A DNA stretch of 64,000 bases from an uncultured virus (IMG/VR IMGVR_UViG_3300030085_005071) (Duplodnaviria; Heunggongvirae; Uroviricota; Caudoviricetes). Below, piece by piece: positions 48,211 through 57,894 of the stretch. Position 1 is the stretch's first letter; each line of letters opens with the position of its first letter. The position numbers and the translations under genes were made by a program. The stretch lies in IMG/VR virus record IMGVR_UViG_3300030085_005071, positions 1-64,000 of that record. The stretch is one strand, 5' to 3'. Under the pieces are notes generated by a model, which did no database searches, was not told the DNA's origin, and saw nothing but the letters and a program-made list of their open reading frames with translations.

Positions 48211-50853
48211 ATGAAAGTTGCTGTTAAAAAGAGTGTGCTTTTTAATTTATTAAAAAAAAGATTAAATGAAAATAGAGGGATGGGACATGATCACGGTGGA
48301 AGGTTAATTCACCCCTTCAATATACAGTCACCAAATTCAGATCCCTTTGGTATATACGATGATGACTTACCAATTAAGTCAAGTAGTCACATGGCATCAC
48401 AGTTATCGATAGAGCAACCACCTGTTGATGATGAAGATTATATACCCGGTACAATAAATGAGCTCTGCGCAGCAGCTTCTGTGATTGCTAAAGAGGTACC
48501 TATTAATCAGATAGAATTCTTCTATAGAAAGCTTCACATAATTTTAGATGAGGCTTTTGACAAAGAAGATGAAGAAATGGGACGAGGTTTTTTGAGTGAA
48601 ACAATTAATATCTCTAGAAAGACAACAATAAAAGACTTCAATATTATTGCTGAAGCTTCAAAAATAAGACGAAACACAACAGTGACTAGTCTACCTGCTG
48701 AACTAGGACCGGAAGATCTACCAGGTTATCAAGATGCTGAAGACAAAGACGAGTATATGCGTGGGTATGGCTTCGCTGCAGATTTTGAAACTGAAGGTAA
48801 GTCTGAAGATGAACTAGAAGAGCATGAAAATTATGTAAGGGCACAATCCGAAGACTTTGTGTCAGGCTACACAGCAGGAACTAGTATATCAACCGGAATT
48901 CAACCTATAGATCGCGAAAGCTTAAGACCATTTTTTGCAAAACAACCGGGAGTCGACGAGGATCCTGCCATGCGAGGCGAAGGAAAACCGTTATATAGAT
49001 CGTATCAACAATACCTGACCAGAACCGGTATTAAAGAGACAATGGGGAAAGACTACGAGCAGCTGGAACCTTTTGAAAAAGCTGTTTATGATGCACATGA
49101 TGAGCTGCAGCTTTTCTTTAAGCAAATCGACGCTGAGTTTACTAATGAACTTATGAACCCAGATCTTAAAAAAGAATTTGGTGCTTTTCTTAAACCGCTT
49201 ACACATGAATTCGAAATTACTCCAAAAACAGTTCTAACACCAATAACAGTAAAAATTATGTTCGCTGTGGTTAATAATATCAAAGATCCTGTAAGAAGAG
49301 ACAATAAAATAAATGAATTGGTAATGATTGTATATCAGCGAATATTTGGAATATTAAGTAAATTAGTGGAAACAAGAAAGCATGTCAACAGAATGATGAC
49401 AGGTTTTGCAAGTCAAACAGGTGATGATATTATCACTTTTATCCAAAAGGTATCACACGCAATCTCTGCTGACTACGCAAATTACGGTGTGTCTACAAGG
49501 TTTAAAACTGCAGATGAGATTATAGTTAATGCGTTAAAAATAGCTTGGTCATCGTGGATATTAACTGTTCCTATGTCTGAAGACAGTGATAAAACGTTTT
49601 TACATCAAAAACATTTTGAGAAGAATGTTGATCTAGATGCAGAAGAAGACTTCATGGCAATGTTTTTTGAACATGTTGAGTCTTTATTTAAAAAGTCCGA
49701 AGATGAATTTGAATTTAAACATGCAGATACCACAGTCTTGGTTACACCTGACGAAGCCCTAAGGGCTTCTAACGGTAAAGTTGCAGGTGCTTTTTCATTG
49801 GCAAGAGAAGAGCAAAAGTCTAGGCAGCCTGATGAAGAAACAACACCACCAGAGCCGCCTGAAGAAAGTTTAGAGGGGTTAACAGAAGAAGAATTATATG
49901 TTAAAAAGTTAGAAAAGTACGCTAAACGACTTGCTGAAGGAACTCCATTTGACTGGATCGATCTATTTCCTTATTTTGGTTTTTCAAACGTTCCCGGGAT
50001 TAGACAGTGGTATTTACAAAAACTAGAACCAAAAATCAGGATCATGACCTACAAATACACAGATCCCGAAACAGATGAAGTTATTACATCGGCAATGACT
50101 GATCTTTTTGATCAAAATATGGAATTAATATCACAAACATTGGTAGAACCGCTCCAAAAACTAATTGCTAAATTAGAAAAGTCTGCTGCTAAAGGCACAC
50201 TCAAACAAAGAGTCTATGACGAGAAAAAGAAAAAGGTGAAACAAGTAGACGAAGCTAAAATGCTCAAAACACTAAAAAATCAAGTACTCCCTATGATTGA
50301 AGAAATAAATAAAGCAATTGCATCAGGTGCTTCGTATGACGACATTGTTGAAGATACAGAATTTTTGCAAACAATTGGTGGATACATGTTAAGAAATATT
50401 GGATCATATCCTTTTGATGGTTTTATTGCAGGATTTTCAAAAGACTGGGCTGATCAAATTAAAGGCGTAATTAATCCAATCCGCGTAAAATACAATCCGG
50501 ATGCAGGTGAGGATCTCAATAAAGATCAATTAGACAGTCTAGTTGAGTACTGGACCGGTCTAAAGGGTGAGCCTGATTTTGAAGACAAGAACAAAGCTGC
50601 TAAAAAATTACTAGATGCAAAAATTACGCCTGAAGCATATGCAGAGATCGCAATTAATGCAAAGCATGCATGGCAAGATTTAGAGTCTCAGATAGACGAA
50701 AACCAAGGCGGGCAAATGGCAGAATTGTTTACTGATGAAGTTGATAGTTTGCTTGACGACGAAAAAGCAATGACTAATGCAATCAAAAAAGCATACAAAG
50801 AAATGATACAAGAAATTGAAGACGCTGCGCGACAAAAACAGGCAGGTTTGTAA
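48211..50853 (+). CDS. large acidic leader-tagged protein (putative virion-internal)
   Basis: MKVAVKKSVLFNLLKKRLNE; ATAATTA upstream. Confidence 0.7.
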   Translation: MKVAVKKSVLFNLLKKRLNENRGMGHDHGGRLIHPFNIQSPNSDPFGIYDDDLPIKSSSHMASQLSIEQPPVDDEDYIPGTINELCAAASVIAKEVPINQIEFFYRKLHIILDEAFDKEDEEMGRGFLSETINISRKTTIKDFNIIAEASKIRRNTTVTSLPAELGPEDLPGYQDAEDKDEYMRGYGFAADFETEGKSEDELEEHENYVRAQSEDFVSGYTAGTSISTGIQPIDRESLRPFFAKQPGVDEDPAMRGEGKPLYRSYQQYLTRTGIKETMGKDYEQLEPFEKAVYDAHDELQLFFKQIDAEFTNELMNPDLKKEFGAFLKPLTHEFEITPKTVLTPITVKIMFAVVNNIKDPVRRDNKINELVMIVYQRIFGILSKLVETRKHVNRMMTGFASQTGDDIITFIQKVSHAISADYANYGVSTRFKTADEIIVNALKIAWSSWILTVPMSEDSDKTFLHQKHFEKNVDLDAEEDFMAMFFEHVESLFKKSEDEFEFKHADTTVLVTPDEALRASNGKVAGAFSLAREEQKSRQPDEETTPPEPPEESLEGLTEEELYVKKLEKYAKRLAEGTPFDWIDLFPYFGFSNVPGIRQWYLQKLEPKIRIMTYKYTDPETDEVITSAMTDLFDQNMELISQTLVEPLQKLIAKLEKSAAKGTLKQRVYDEKKKKVKQVDEAKMLKTLKNQVLPMIEEINKAIASGASYDDIVEDTEFLQTIGGYMLRNIGSYPFDGFIAGFSKDWADQIKGVINPIRVKYNPDAGEDLNKDQLDSLVEYWTGLKGEPDFEDKNKAAKKLLDAKITPEAYAEIAINAKHAWQDLESQIDENQGGQMAELFTDEVDSLLDDEKAMTNAIKKAYKEMIQEIEDAARQKQAGL

Positions 50854-50887
50854 TATGTCAAAGAATGAAAAGAGAGAAGGTGTATAA

Positions 50888-51265
50888 GTGAACAGATTAT
50901 TAGAAAACGCTTTTAAAAATCGTTTTAAGGGTAACATATATGAACAAGTGAATGATAGCGATATCGTAGACATGCCAATCGAAGTCGAAGACGCCGGCTG
51001 GGAACAAAGACAAGATGATCAAAAATTCTTCTTATTTAGATCTTACACAATCAGTGATATCAAGCTTTTAAAATATTTTGTGGGAGAAATCATCTTGATG
51101 GGGAGTAAGTACAATCACCCAGCAGAAATTTATATTTACGATGACGTCGTTGAAGTCCAACTGTACACACAGGGCATGAATGACATATCACACACAGATA
51201 TTAAGATGTCAAAAGATATCGATGCAATAATCAACGACATCAATATTTTAACACAAGAAAAATAA
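50888..51265 (+). CDS. pterin-4a-carbinolamine dehydratase-fold protein, degenerate, with leader
   Basis: GW....L.RSY...D...F...NHPAEI...VEVQLYT...IS..DI.M...ID. Confidence 0.65.
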   Translation: MNRLLENAFKNRFKGNIYEQVNDSDIVDMPIEVEDAGWEQRQDDQKFFLFRSYTISDIKLLKYFVGEIILMGSKYNHPAEIYIYDDVVEVQLYTQGMNDISHTDIKMSKDIDAIINDINILTQEK

Positions 51266-51612
51266 TGTCTTTCTTTTTGAGTAAATCATTAGAGGGTAGA
51301 ATTGCTGAGGAAGATTTATTAAACAAAGAATCAGAGGTAATTTACGAAGATGTAAAAGAAGACATCTTACCATTGTCAATTAAAGTAAATGATGTTTCTT
51401 TTGAAATGAAAAGCCTTGAAAAGGGTAGGTTGACATTGAGCCTAGACTTCGTGGGATATAAAAATTACTCGAATTTAATTGACAAAAGTGATATAGTTGA
51501 ATTTTATATCTTTGATGACATGTTGTTTTCGAAAAAAACTAAAGACCTATTTATTGAAAGATATGAAAAGTTAACGAGTAATTTAATCAAATTAGATATA
51601 ATTATTAACTAA
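51265..51612 (+). CDS. hypothetical protein
   Basis: Coupled ORF. Confidence 0.6.
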   Translation: MSFFLSKSLEGRIAEEDLLNKESEVIYEDVKEDILPLSIKVNDVSFEMKSLEKGRLTLSLDFVGYKNYSNLIDKSDIVEFYIFDDMLFSKKTKDLFIERYEKLTSNLIKLDIIIN

Positions 51613-51627
51613 CGGTAGGAGAATAAA

Positions 51628-52305
51628 ATGTTGAAGGCGAATAGCGAAAGTGAATTGTTAAAAATTCTTAAGATTATATCAGAGGAGTCTGTCAGAAAGA
51701 CTAAACGCATGCTCAAAGAATCTGCTGATCCATATCAGGAAGCATATATGAACAGTGTAAGACAAAGCGAAAGCGACTACGGTGTTAGTCTTTCTGAACA
51801 AGAAGAAGCAGACCCATCACAAGAAAGAGAAGATGATATTGAAGATACTACTGAAGAAGATCAGTCAGATGAAGAATTAGGCAACACTGACGATTTCGGC
51901 GTGTCTTTCGATAGTGTTTTAAAAGACATCAATACACTTCGCTCCGGAAGATCAACTAAAGATAAAGAAATTAAAGAAGAGCTACTAGAGTATTATGACA
52001 GGCTCGACGAAGATGAGAGGGTAATATTGCATATTTTCTTGAGAGAGCTATCCAAAATCTTAAGGGGCGCAATCGATGGTAGTGAAGCTTTAGATCCTAG
52101 TGATGCGCCACTCTATGCAGACATTGTATTGGGTAAGGAAGCGGAACAAAGCAGTGAGCCGAAACAAAAACCCAAGTCAAAAAGATCGTCAGGATCGAGC
52201 GAAGAAGATGTCACACCTCCATCAAGCACACCAATTCAAGTTAACGAGGCACAAAACTTACAAGAAGTTAGAAGAAAGTTTAGAAGATTATTAAAAAGAA
52301 TATGA
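51628..52305 (+). CDS. acidic leader-tagged hypothetical protein
   Basis: ESELLKILKIISEES...MLKE; INTLRSGRS.KD. Confidence 0.7.
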   Translation: MLKANSESELLKILKIISEESVRKTKRMLKESADPYQEAYMNSVRQSESDYGVSLSEQEEADPSQEREDDIEDTTEEDQSDEELGNTDDFGVSFDSVLKDINTLRSGRSTKDKEIKEELLEYYDRLDEDERVILHIFLRELSKILRGAIDGSEALDPSDAPLYADIVLGKEAEQSSEPKQKPKSKRSSGSSEEDVTPPSSTPIQVNEAQNLQEVRRKFRRLLKRI

Positions 52306-53366
52306 TTGTAACTGAGCAAGACATAAGAAAGGCTCTTTTGAAATCACTCTTGGAAGACGATCAACTTATCAAGGAGTTTAAGTTAGGTGCTATGACTACA
52401 TCGGGAATCAGTACGAATGCCCGATGTGACTTCAGTGATATACCAAAAGAGTTTTTTGATTATTTCAAAGCTATAAAAGACGGTAATGAATCACGACTAG
52501 TCGCACTTATTGACAATGATATTGAGAAGTTAAAGAATGGAGAGGCTACTTTTTTCAAAGACTCAAATGAAGATACAATTGCAAAACTGGAAAATGCGAA
52601 ATCAGATCTAATTGCTAAATCACTAGAAGACGGAGGTCAGTCTAGACGACTTGAACGCGCCCAAAAATTTCACGCCGGCAAAGGTTGGTATGGCATCGCG
52701 ACCAAGCTTTTATTACCCTTAGGGGCATTTGGTTTATCTATGATGGGATTTAGAAAGTCGACCTGTGACAATATTAAGTTAGTTGCAAAAACAGCACTCA
52801 ATCAAGTTATTGCGCCTCTCCTAGGTGCCAATATCGATACATCATGGGCTGCAGATGTCAAAAAGTCTCCAAGAAATAATAAAAACACAGGTGGTAAATC
52901 ATATGAAGATTCAACGTACCAAGACTTTCCAATCGATTTCTCAAAAAATCTTTTTCAAAACAACCTTATTGATCGCTCTCTACGAAAAGAATTAGTAACA
53001 TATTTTGATTATGAGAAATACAGCCTGACTAATTTTGATTTAGATATGTTTGAATTATATGCTAATGATTCATATGTAAATTTAAGCAAAAATAAAAAGT
53101 TAAGCAAAGATGAGACCAACACTGCAAAGCACAAAATTAAATTTATAAAAGATGAGTTTAAAGAAAAAGGTGTGAGTTTCAAAGCTATAAGGGCTGTATT
53201 AGGCAGATATCTAGACTTAGACGAAGCTCAGTCTTCAAGAGTAAATAATTATATTAAATTTTTAGAAAATTTTCCATTTGAGGACTATTTTAAAGATTCT
53301 TCAGAATGTCAAAAATTTATTAATCATAGGTTCGCAGTTCTTCTTAAATTTCTTAAACAATTTTAA
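52302..53366 (+). CDS. leader-tagged hypothetical protein with one hydrophobic segment
   Basis: MIVTEQDIRKALLKSLLE..LIKE. Confidence 0.7.
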   Translation: MIVTEQDIRKALLKSLLEDDQLIKEFKLGAMTTSGISTNARCDFSDIPKEFFDYFKAIKDGNESRLVALIDNDIEKLKNGEATFFKDSNEDTIAKLENAKSDLIAKSLEDGGQSRRLERAQKFHAGKGWYGIATKLLLPLGAFGLSMMGFRKSTCDNIKLVAKTALNQVIAPLLGANIDTSWAADVKKSPRNNKNTGGKSYEDSTYQDFPIDFSKNLFQNNLIDRSLRKELVTYFDYEKYSLTNFDLDMFELYANDSYVNLSKNKKLSKDETNTAKHKIKFIKDEFKEKGVSFKAIRAVLGRYLDLDEAQSSRVNNYIKFLENFPFEDYFKDSSECQKFINHRFAVLLKFLKQF

Positions 53367-53420
53367 TTTACAATTTAATCTTGACAAAATAAAATTAAAA
53401 TTATTTTAAAGAGGTATTAT

Positions 53421-53777
53421 ATGAAACAACAAAACTGGATTCCAGAGATTATGTACGAAGAATCAGACGACGGTATGTCAAGTAACATTCCTTTCATTAT
53501 GGTTCCGGCAGGTGAGCAAATGCCAAAAATGATTTTCATTTTTGAAAGTAGAGAAACAGGTGAATTTGAACCCAACGAGGAGGGTGATCCTGTACCTATT
53601 TTAGAAATGGACTTACATCAATACGCGGACATGCTCCAACTCAAAGAAGGCTTAGATGAAAGTACTTATGACAAAGTAAGAGAGTGCTTAGGCTTGCAAC
53701 CGCTCAGGCAGGCTGTCGTCGCAGGTAAAAAAATTACTGAAAATGTTAGAAAAAACGTGAACAAAAGTAATAATTAA
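53421..53777 (+). CDS. hypothetical protein
   Basis: GAGG RBS; 118 aa. Confidence 0.7.
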   Translation: MKQQNWIPEIMYEESDDGMSSNIPFIMVPAGEQMPKMIFIFESRETGEFEPNEEGDPVPILEMDLHQYADMLQLKEGLDESTYDKVRECLGLQPLRQAVVAGKKITENVRKNVNKSNN

Positions 53778-53829
53778 CATTTAAGTAGATACTTACATTA
53801 TGCAATAATAAATCTTGTGGAGGAAAATT

Positions 53830-54318
53830 ATGCGTATTAATTTTGATAGACTTAGTAAATTAGCCGGTTTGCCAGAGAGTAACACTTCTCGCAGATCACT
53901 TAATGAACACAATGAAGGGAAAAAGCACGATCACCCTCATAAAGATGTTGAAGAGATGGCAGACATCGCTTATATGGATGAAATGGCTGATGCTGAAGCA
54001 GCTGATGAAATGGCGGATCCGATGGAAGAAATGGTTGAAGTCGATGAAGCAATGTTAGTTCAAGAACTAAGACGTGCAAAAAGAATCATGCAAGAAAACA
54101 GGCGAAGAAAACAATTGTCTGAAAGCAAAAGACAACAAAGAAAACAGAGAATGTTTGAAGCGCAACTTAGATCTATTATCGATGAAGAAGTTCAAAATGT
54201 TTTTGACGAAATGAACTACAATAGCGGTTGGGTCTATGGTAATAATAAGCCTAAAAGAAGCCGTAACGGATATACACACCAGGGATCTTTCATGCCAGGG
54301 TTAGGTTTTAAAAGATAA
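53830..54318 (+). CDS. scaffold/core-like protein with multiple tag-like helices
   Basis: RLSKLAGL, SLNE, EEMAD repeats, EAQLRSIIDEEV. Confidence 0.65.
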   Translation: MRINFDRLSKLAGLPESNTSRRSLNEHNEGKKHDHPHKDVEEMADIAYMDEMADAEAADEMADPMEEMVEVDEAMLVQELRRAKRIMQENRRRKQLSESKRQQRKQRMFEAQLRSIIDEEVQNVFDEMNYNSGWVYGNNKPKRSRNGYTHQGSFMPGLGFKR

Positions 54319-54389
54319 CAGCAATCCACAATTTATTATAAATTTGTCCAATTTGATATAATATATTCTTATTACACAGCGGAGGATAT

Positions 54390-54842
54390 ATGGAAAATTA
54401 TCAAGTTGGGCAAATTTTATTTTTTATTGCAGACAGTAGTAAAGTCATTCCTATACAAGTAATTGAAGAAGTCGTTAGAACTACGTTAGAAGGTAAAGAA
54501 AAAACTTACATTGCTAAGCTTCCTGATAAAAAAGAAACAACTGTCGACATAAAAAAGTTAAAAGGTCACTTGTTTACTAGTAAGGAAGACGCCAAAAAAT
54601 TTATGATGCATAATGCAAATGAAGCAATCAATCATATGATTAATCAAGCAGTTGAAATTGCGTCAGGTCTATTTAATGATAGCCCACCAGCTGAAGAGGT
54701 TACTTTTGAAGAAGTTGATAATGAAATTTTAGAAAAAGTGCAACCAGATGAAGAAGATGATATAATAAAAGTAGATTTAGGTAACGGCACTTTTGGAAAG
54801 GTGTCAGTTAGCAACTTAAACCAAGCAGGAGTGGCAAAGTGA
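54390..54842 (+). CDS. hypothetical protein
   Basis: GGAGG RBS; 150 aa. Confidence 0.7.
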   Translation: MENYQVGQILFFIADSSKVIPIQVIEEVVRTTLEGKEKTYIAKLPDKKETTVDIKKLKGHLFTSKEDAKKFMMHNANEAINHMINQAVEIASGLFNDSPPAEEVTFEEVDNEILEKVQPDEEDDIIKVDLGNGTFGKVSVSNLNQAGVAK

Positions 54843-55636
54843 AAGTACTTTTATTAGACGCATATAATTTAATATATCGAGCAAGAAGCGGATATCTCAA
54901 GGGTGATTATCCAGTAGTATACAATTTCTTTAGAGGGCTAAGGCCGCTTATTGAGAAATTTTCTCCTGACAAGGTTTACTTTGTCTTAGAGGGTAAACCA
55001 GAGTTTAGAATGCAACTTAATGATGCATATAAGGCTAATAGAACTAATAATGATAGACACTTTCATGAACAAAAAGCGCAAATCATCTCTATAGTTAAAG
55101 CCTGTTTCCCAATAACTACAGCTCGTCACCCTAAGCTTGAGTGTGACGACACCATCGCAACATTAGTAAAGGTTCACTGTACAGATGGAGACGAGTGTAC
55201 AATAATTTCTTCGGATTCTGACTTTTATCAACTACTCAATGTTTTTGATAATTGCGCCATTTACAATCCTGTTAAAAAGAAAATGATTGATAAACCTGAC
55301 TACGACTATGTCACATGGAAAGCTCTAAGAGGAGATGCCACCGACAACATTGCAGGAATTCCTGGGTGTGGTGATAAAACAGCAGACAAGCTGGTACGTT
55401 CTCCAGAATTGCTTTCAGAGTACTTTAAAAAAGAACCTATTAGACAACAAATATTTGAACGAAATGTTAATCTAATAAGGCTTGTCGACTTCTCTAGCAG
55501 CATGGATGAGATGGAGAGACATGAAGGTAATGCAGATTTTGAAGAACTTTATGATATATTCGATGACATGGGATTCCAATCGATGTTAAAGGAAAAAACT
55601 TGGAATAAATACGTACAAACATTTGGAGGATTATAA
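54839..55636 (+). CDS. second 5'-3' exonuclease / flap endonuclease
   Basis: LLLDAYNLIYR, YKANR, ECDDTIA, SSDSDFYQL, GDATDNIAGIPGCGDKTA. Confidence 0.92.
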   Translation: MKVLLLDAYNLIYRARSGYLKGDYPVVYNFFRGLRPLIEKFSPDKVYFVLEGKPEFRMQLNDAYKANRTNNDRHFHEQKAQIISIVKACFPITTARHPKLECDDTIATLVKVHCTDGDECTIISSDSDFYQLLNVFDNCAIYNPVKKKMIDKPDYDYVTWKALRGDATDNIAGIPGCGDKTADKLVRSPELLSEYFKKEPIRQQIFERNVNLIRLVDFSSSMDEMERHEGNADFEELYDIFDDMGFQSMLKEKTWNKYVQTFGGL

Positions 55637-55845
55637 TGTACTTAGACGACAATGTTCAACAGGCACTGCGACAGATGAATAAAATTTCTGTCAACGAAGT
55701 TTTAAAAAAAGAAGCTGATTTATTTGTAGCAATTAACGTTGAGACACAACAACGTAGAATTGTACAAATCGATCAATCACTAGTCGAAAACTTAGCAAAG
55801 GGTCAACGCCCACCTAATACTGGGAAGGGCCTATTAAAGGGGTGA
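55636..55845 (+). CDS. hypothetical protein
   Basis: GGAGG RBS; ends LLKG. Confidence 0.65.
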   Translation: MYLDDNVQQALRQMNKISVNEVLKKEADLFVAINVETQQRRIVQIDQSLVENLAKGQRPPNTGKGLLKG

Positions 55846-55846
55846 A

Positions 55847-57457
55847 ATGCAAATCAAAAGAGAGATTTATTCTGGGCAAGAATTAGATTTAAAACTTAAA
55901 AAAGGAATTGATAAATTAGCTAATGCAGTTAAAGTTACCATGGGCCCGAAGGGAAAATTAGTACTAATCAATAGAGAGGGTATGCACCCTATAGTTACTA
56001 AAGACGGCGTAACGGTTGCACAGTCAATCAATCTTGTTGATGAAGTTGAAAATTTAGGTGTACAGGTTTTAAAAGAATCTGCTAGTAGAACAGCAGAAGA
56101 AGCAGGTGATGGCACAACAACAGCAACAGTTTTATCTCAGTTTATTTACAATGAAGGTTTAAGATATAAGACAGCAGGCTTTGATATTGAGCAACTTAAG
56201 TCAGGCATTGACCTGGCAAAATCGAATATCATTGATTTGATTGAAAAAAACTCTTTACCGGTCAACGGCACAGAAGACTTACTTAAAGTAGCAACTATTT
56301 CAGCGAATGGTGAAAAAGATATTGCAGAACTAATTGTTTCAGCGATTGAAGCAGCAGGTCCTGACGGGCATGTCTTAGTCGAAGAGGCAAAAGGATTTAG
56401 TAGTTCGCTAACTGTCGTCGACGGATTTCAAATGGAGCGAGGTTTTCTCTCACCTTATTTTGTAACTGACAAAAATAAAATGGTTGCAGAGTTTAAGAAG
56501 CCTTTAATATTAATGGCCGATCGTAATTTTAATTCAATCAGAGAATTAATGAAGCCTCTAGAGGTTGCGCTAGATACTGGCCGGCCAATCGTCGTTATAG
56601 CAAATGATATCGAGGGTGACGCGATGCAAGGTCTAGTACTCAATAGAGTCAAGGGTACACTCCAGGTTGCTGCAATGAAATCACCTGGATTTGGTGGAGC
56701 TAGACATGATCTTCTTTTAGATCTTCAAACAATTATTGGTGGTAAAGTTATTGATAGTGGTTTTGATATGACGTCATTTGAATTAGAAATGTTTGGTTCA
56801 TGTAAAAAAATAATCATACACAAGAATAAGTCATTGATTATTCGTGATGAGTCAAAGTCTGATAATGAATCAGCTGAGAGAATGAAAGTCATCAAAGAAA
56901 AATTGTCATACCCGGGTCTAAGTGAAAACGAAAGGCTTTTGCTTAAATACCGACTCCAGCAATTATCTGGAGGTATAGCCATTCTTAGAGTTGGCGCGGC
57001 GACTGAGTCTGAGCTAATCGAGCGCTACGATCGCGTTGATGATGCACTTCATGCAACTCGTGCTGCTTTAGAAGAAGGTGTATTGCCCGGTGGGGGAATA
57101 GCGCTGTATCAATTTGCGATCGAACATGAAAGTACTATCGATCATGAACATACTGACAAAGAAGTTATTGTTGGACATGATTTGTTGATCAACGCGTGCA
57201 AAGAACCCTTTAAACAAATTCTAAGTAACGCAGGTTTGTCACATCACAATATCTTAACAAACATACACAAGCACGGTAAAAAAGCTTCTAACGTTGGTTA
57301 TGACGTAAGAAATAAACGTTTTGGTGATATGTTTGACCTAGGTGTTATTGATCCTGCAAAGGTTTCTAGGTGTGCTCTAGAAAACGCTGTTTCTGCTGCG
57401 ACGATGCTTTTGTCTGCTGATTGTTCTTTAATTGAAGTTAAAAACGAATCTGCTTGA
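55847..57457 (+). CDS. groEL: GroEL-like chaperonin
   Basis: VTMGPKG, TKDGVTVA, AGDGTTTATVL, TISANG, GFLSPYF, EEGVLPGGG, GVIDPAKV; no GGM tail. Confidence 0.95.
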   Translation: MQIKREIYSGQELDLKLKKGIDKLANAVKVTMGPKGKLVLINREGMHPIVTKDGVTVAQSINLVDEVENLGVQVLKESASRTAEEAGDGTTTATVLSQFIYNEGLRYKTAGFDIEQLKSGIDLAKSNIIDLIEKNSLPVNGTEDLLKVATISANGEKDIAELIVSAIEAAGPDGHVLVEEAKGFSSSLTVVDGFQMERGFLSPYFVTDKNKMVAEFKKPLILMADRNFNSIRELMKPLEVALDTGRPIVVIANDIEGDAMQGLVLNRVKGTLQVAAMKSPGFGGARHDLLLDLQTIIGGKVIDSGFDMTSFELEMFGSCKKIIIHKNKSLIIRDESKSDNESAERMKVIKEKLSYPGLSENERLLLKYRLQQLSGGIAILRVGAATESELIERYDRVDDALHATRAALEEGVLPGGGIALYQFAIEHESTIDHEHTDKEVIVGHDLLINACKEPFKQILSNAGLSHHNILTNIHKHGKKASNVGYDVRNKRFGDMFDLGVIDPAKVSRCALENAVSAATMLLSADCSLIEVKNESA

Positions 57458-57490
57458 TATTTATTTAACACGTAAGCAACAGGAGTAAGT

Positions 57491-57820
57491 ATGCAAGATT
57501 ATAAACTAAAAAGAAAGTTAGCAACTGCAATTGTCAATTTAAAAATTGAGAACGAAGCACACGTTCCTGACTTAATGACTAGAATTAGAATCCTTCCTGG
57601 TATAGCCGTTGTCGGTCAAAAAGATAAAGTTGCTCGTTTTTCTGATGGTGACGGCTCACTCTTGCTTAGTATCAAATATTTGCCAGAGTCTGATGAAATA
57701 TTTAAAAGTTTAGAAGACATGTCGAAATTAGTTAAACGTTTACCAGGCGTAAAAACAGTAGCAATTGTCACTTTTAATAAGAGGAAAATATCCCTACATG
57801 GAAAAAAATTAATTTTTTAA
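57491..57820 (+). CDS. hypothetical protein
   Basis: IRILPGIAVV; AGGAG RBS. Confidence 0.7.
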   Translation: MQDYKLKRKLATAIVNLKIENEAHVPDLMTRIRILPGIAVVGQKDKVARFSDGDGSLLLSIKYLPESDEIFKSLEDMSKLVKRLPGVKTVAIVTFNKRKISLHGKKLIF

Positions 57821-57849
57821 TTGTAAACACTTTAAACTCAAGATATAAT
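57821..57849 (+). promoter_or_regulatory. class A promoter TTGTAA-17-TATAAT
   Basis: 57821-26 and 57844-49. Confidence 0.7.
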
Positions 57850-57894
57850 TCTAGCACCATGTTAAATGGTATACGAAACATAGGAGGAGATTAT

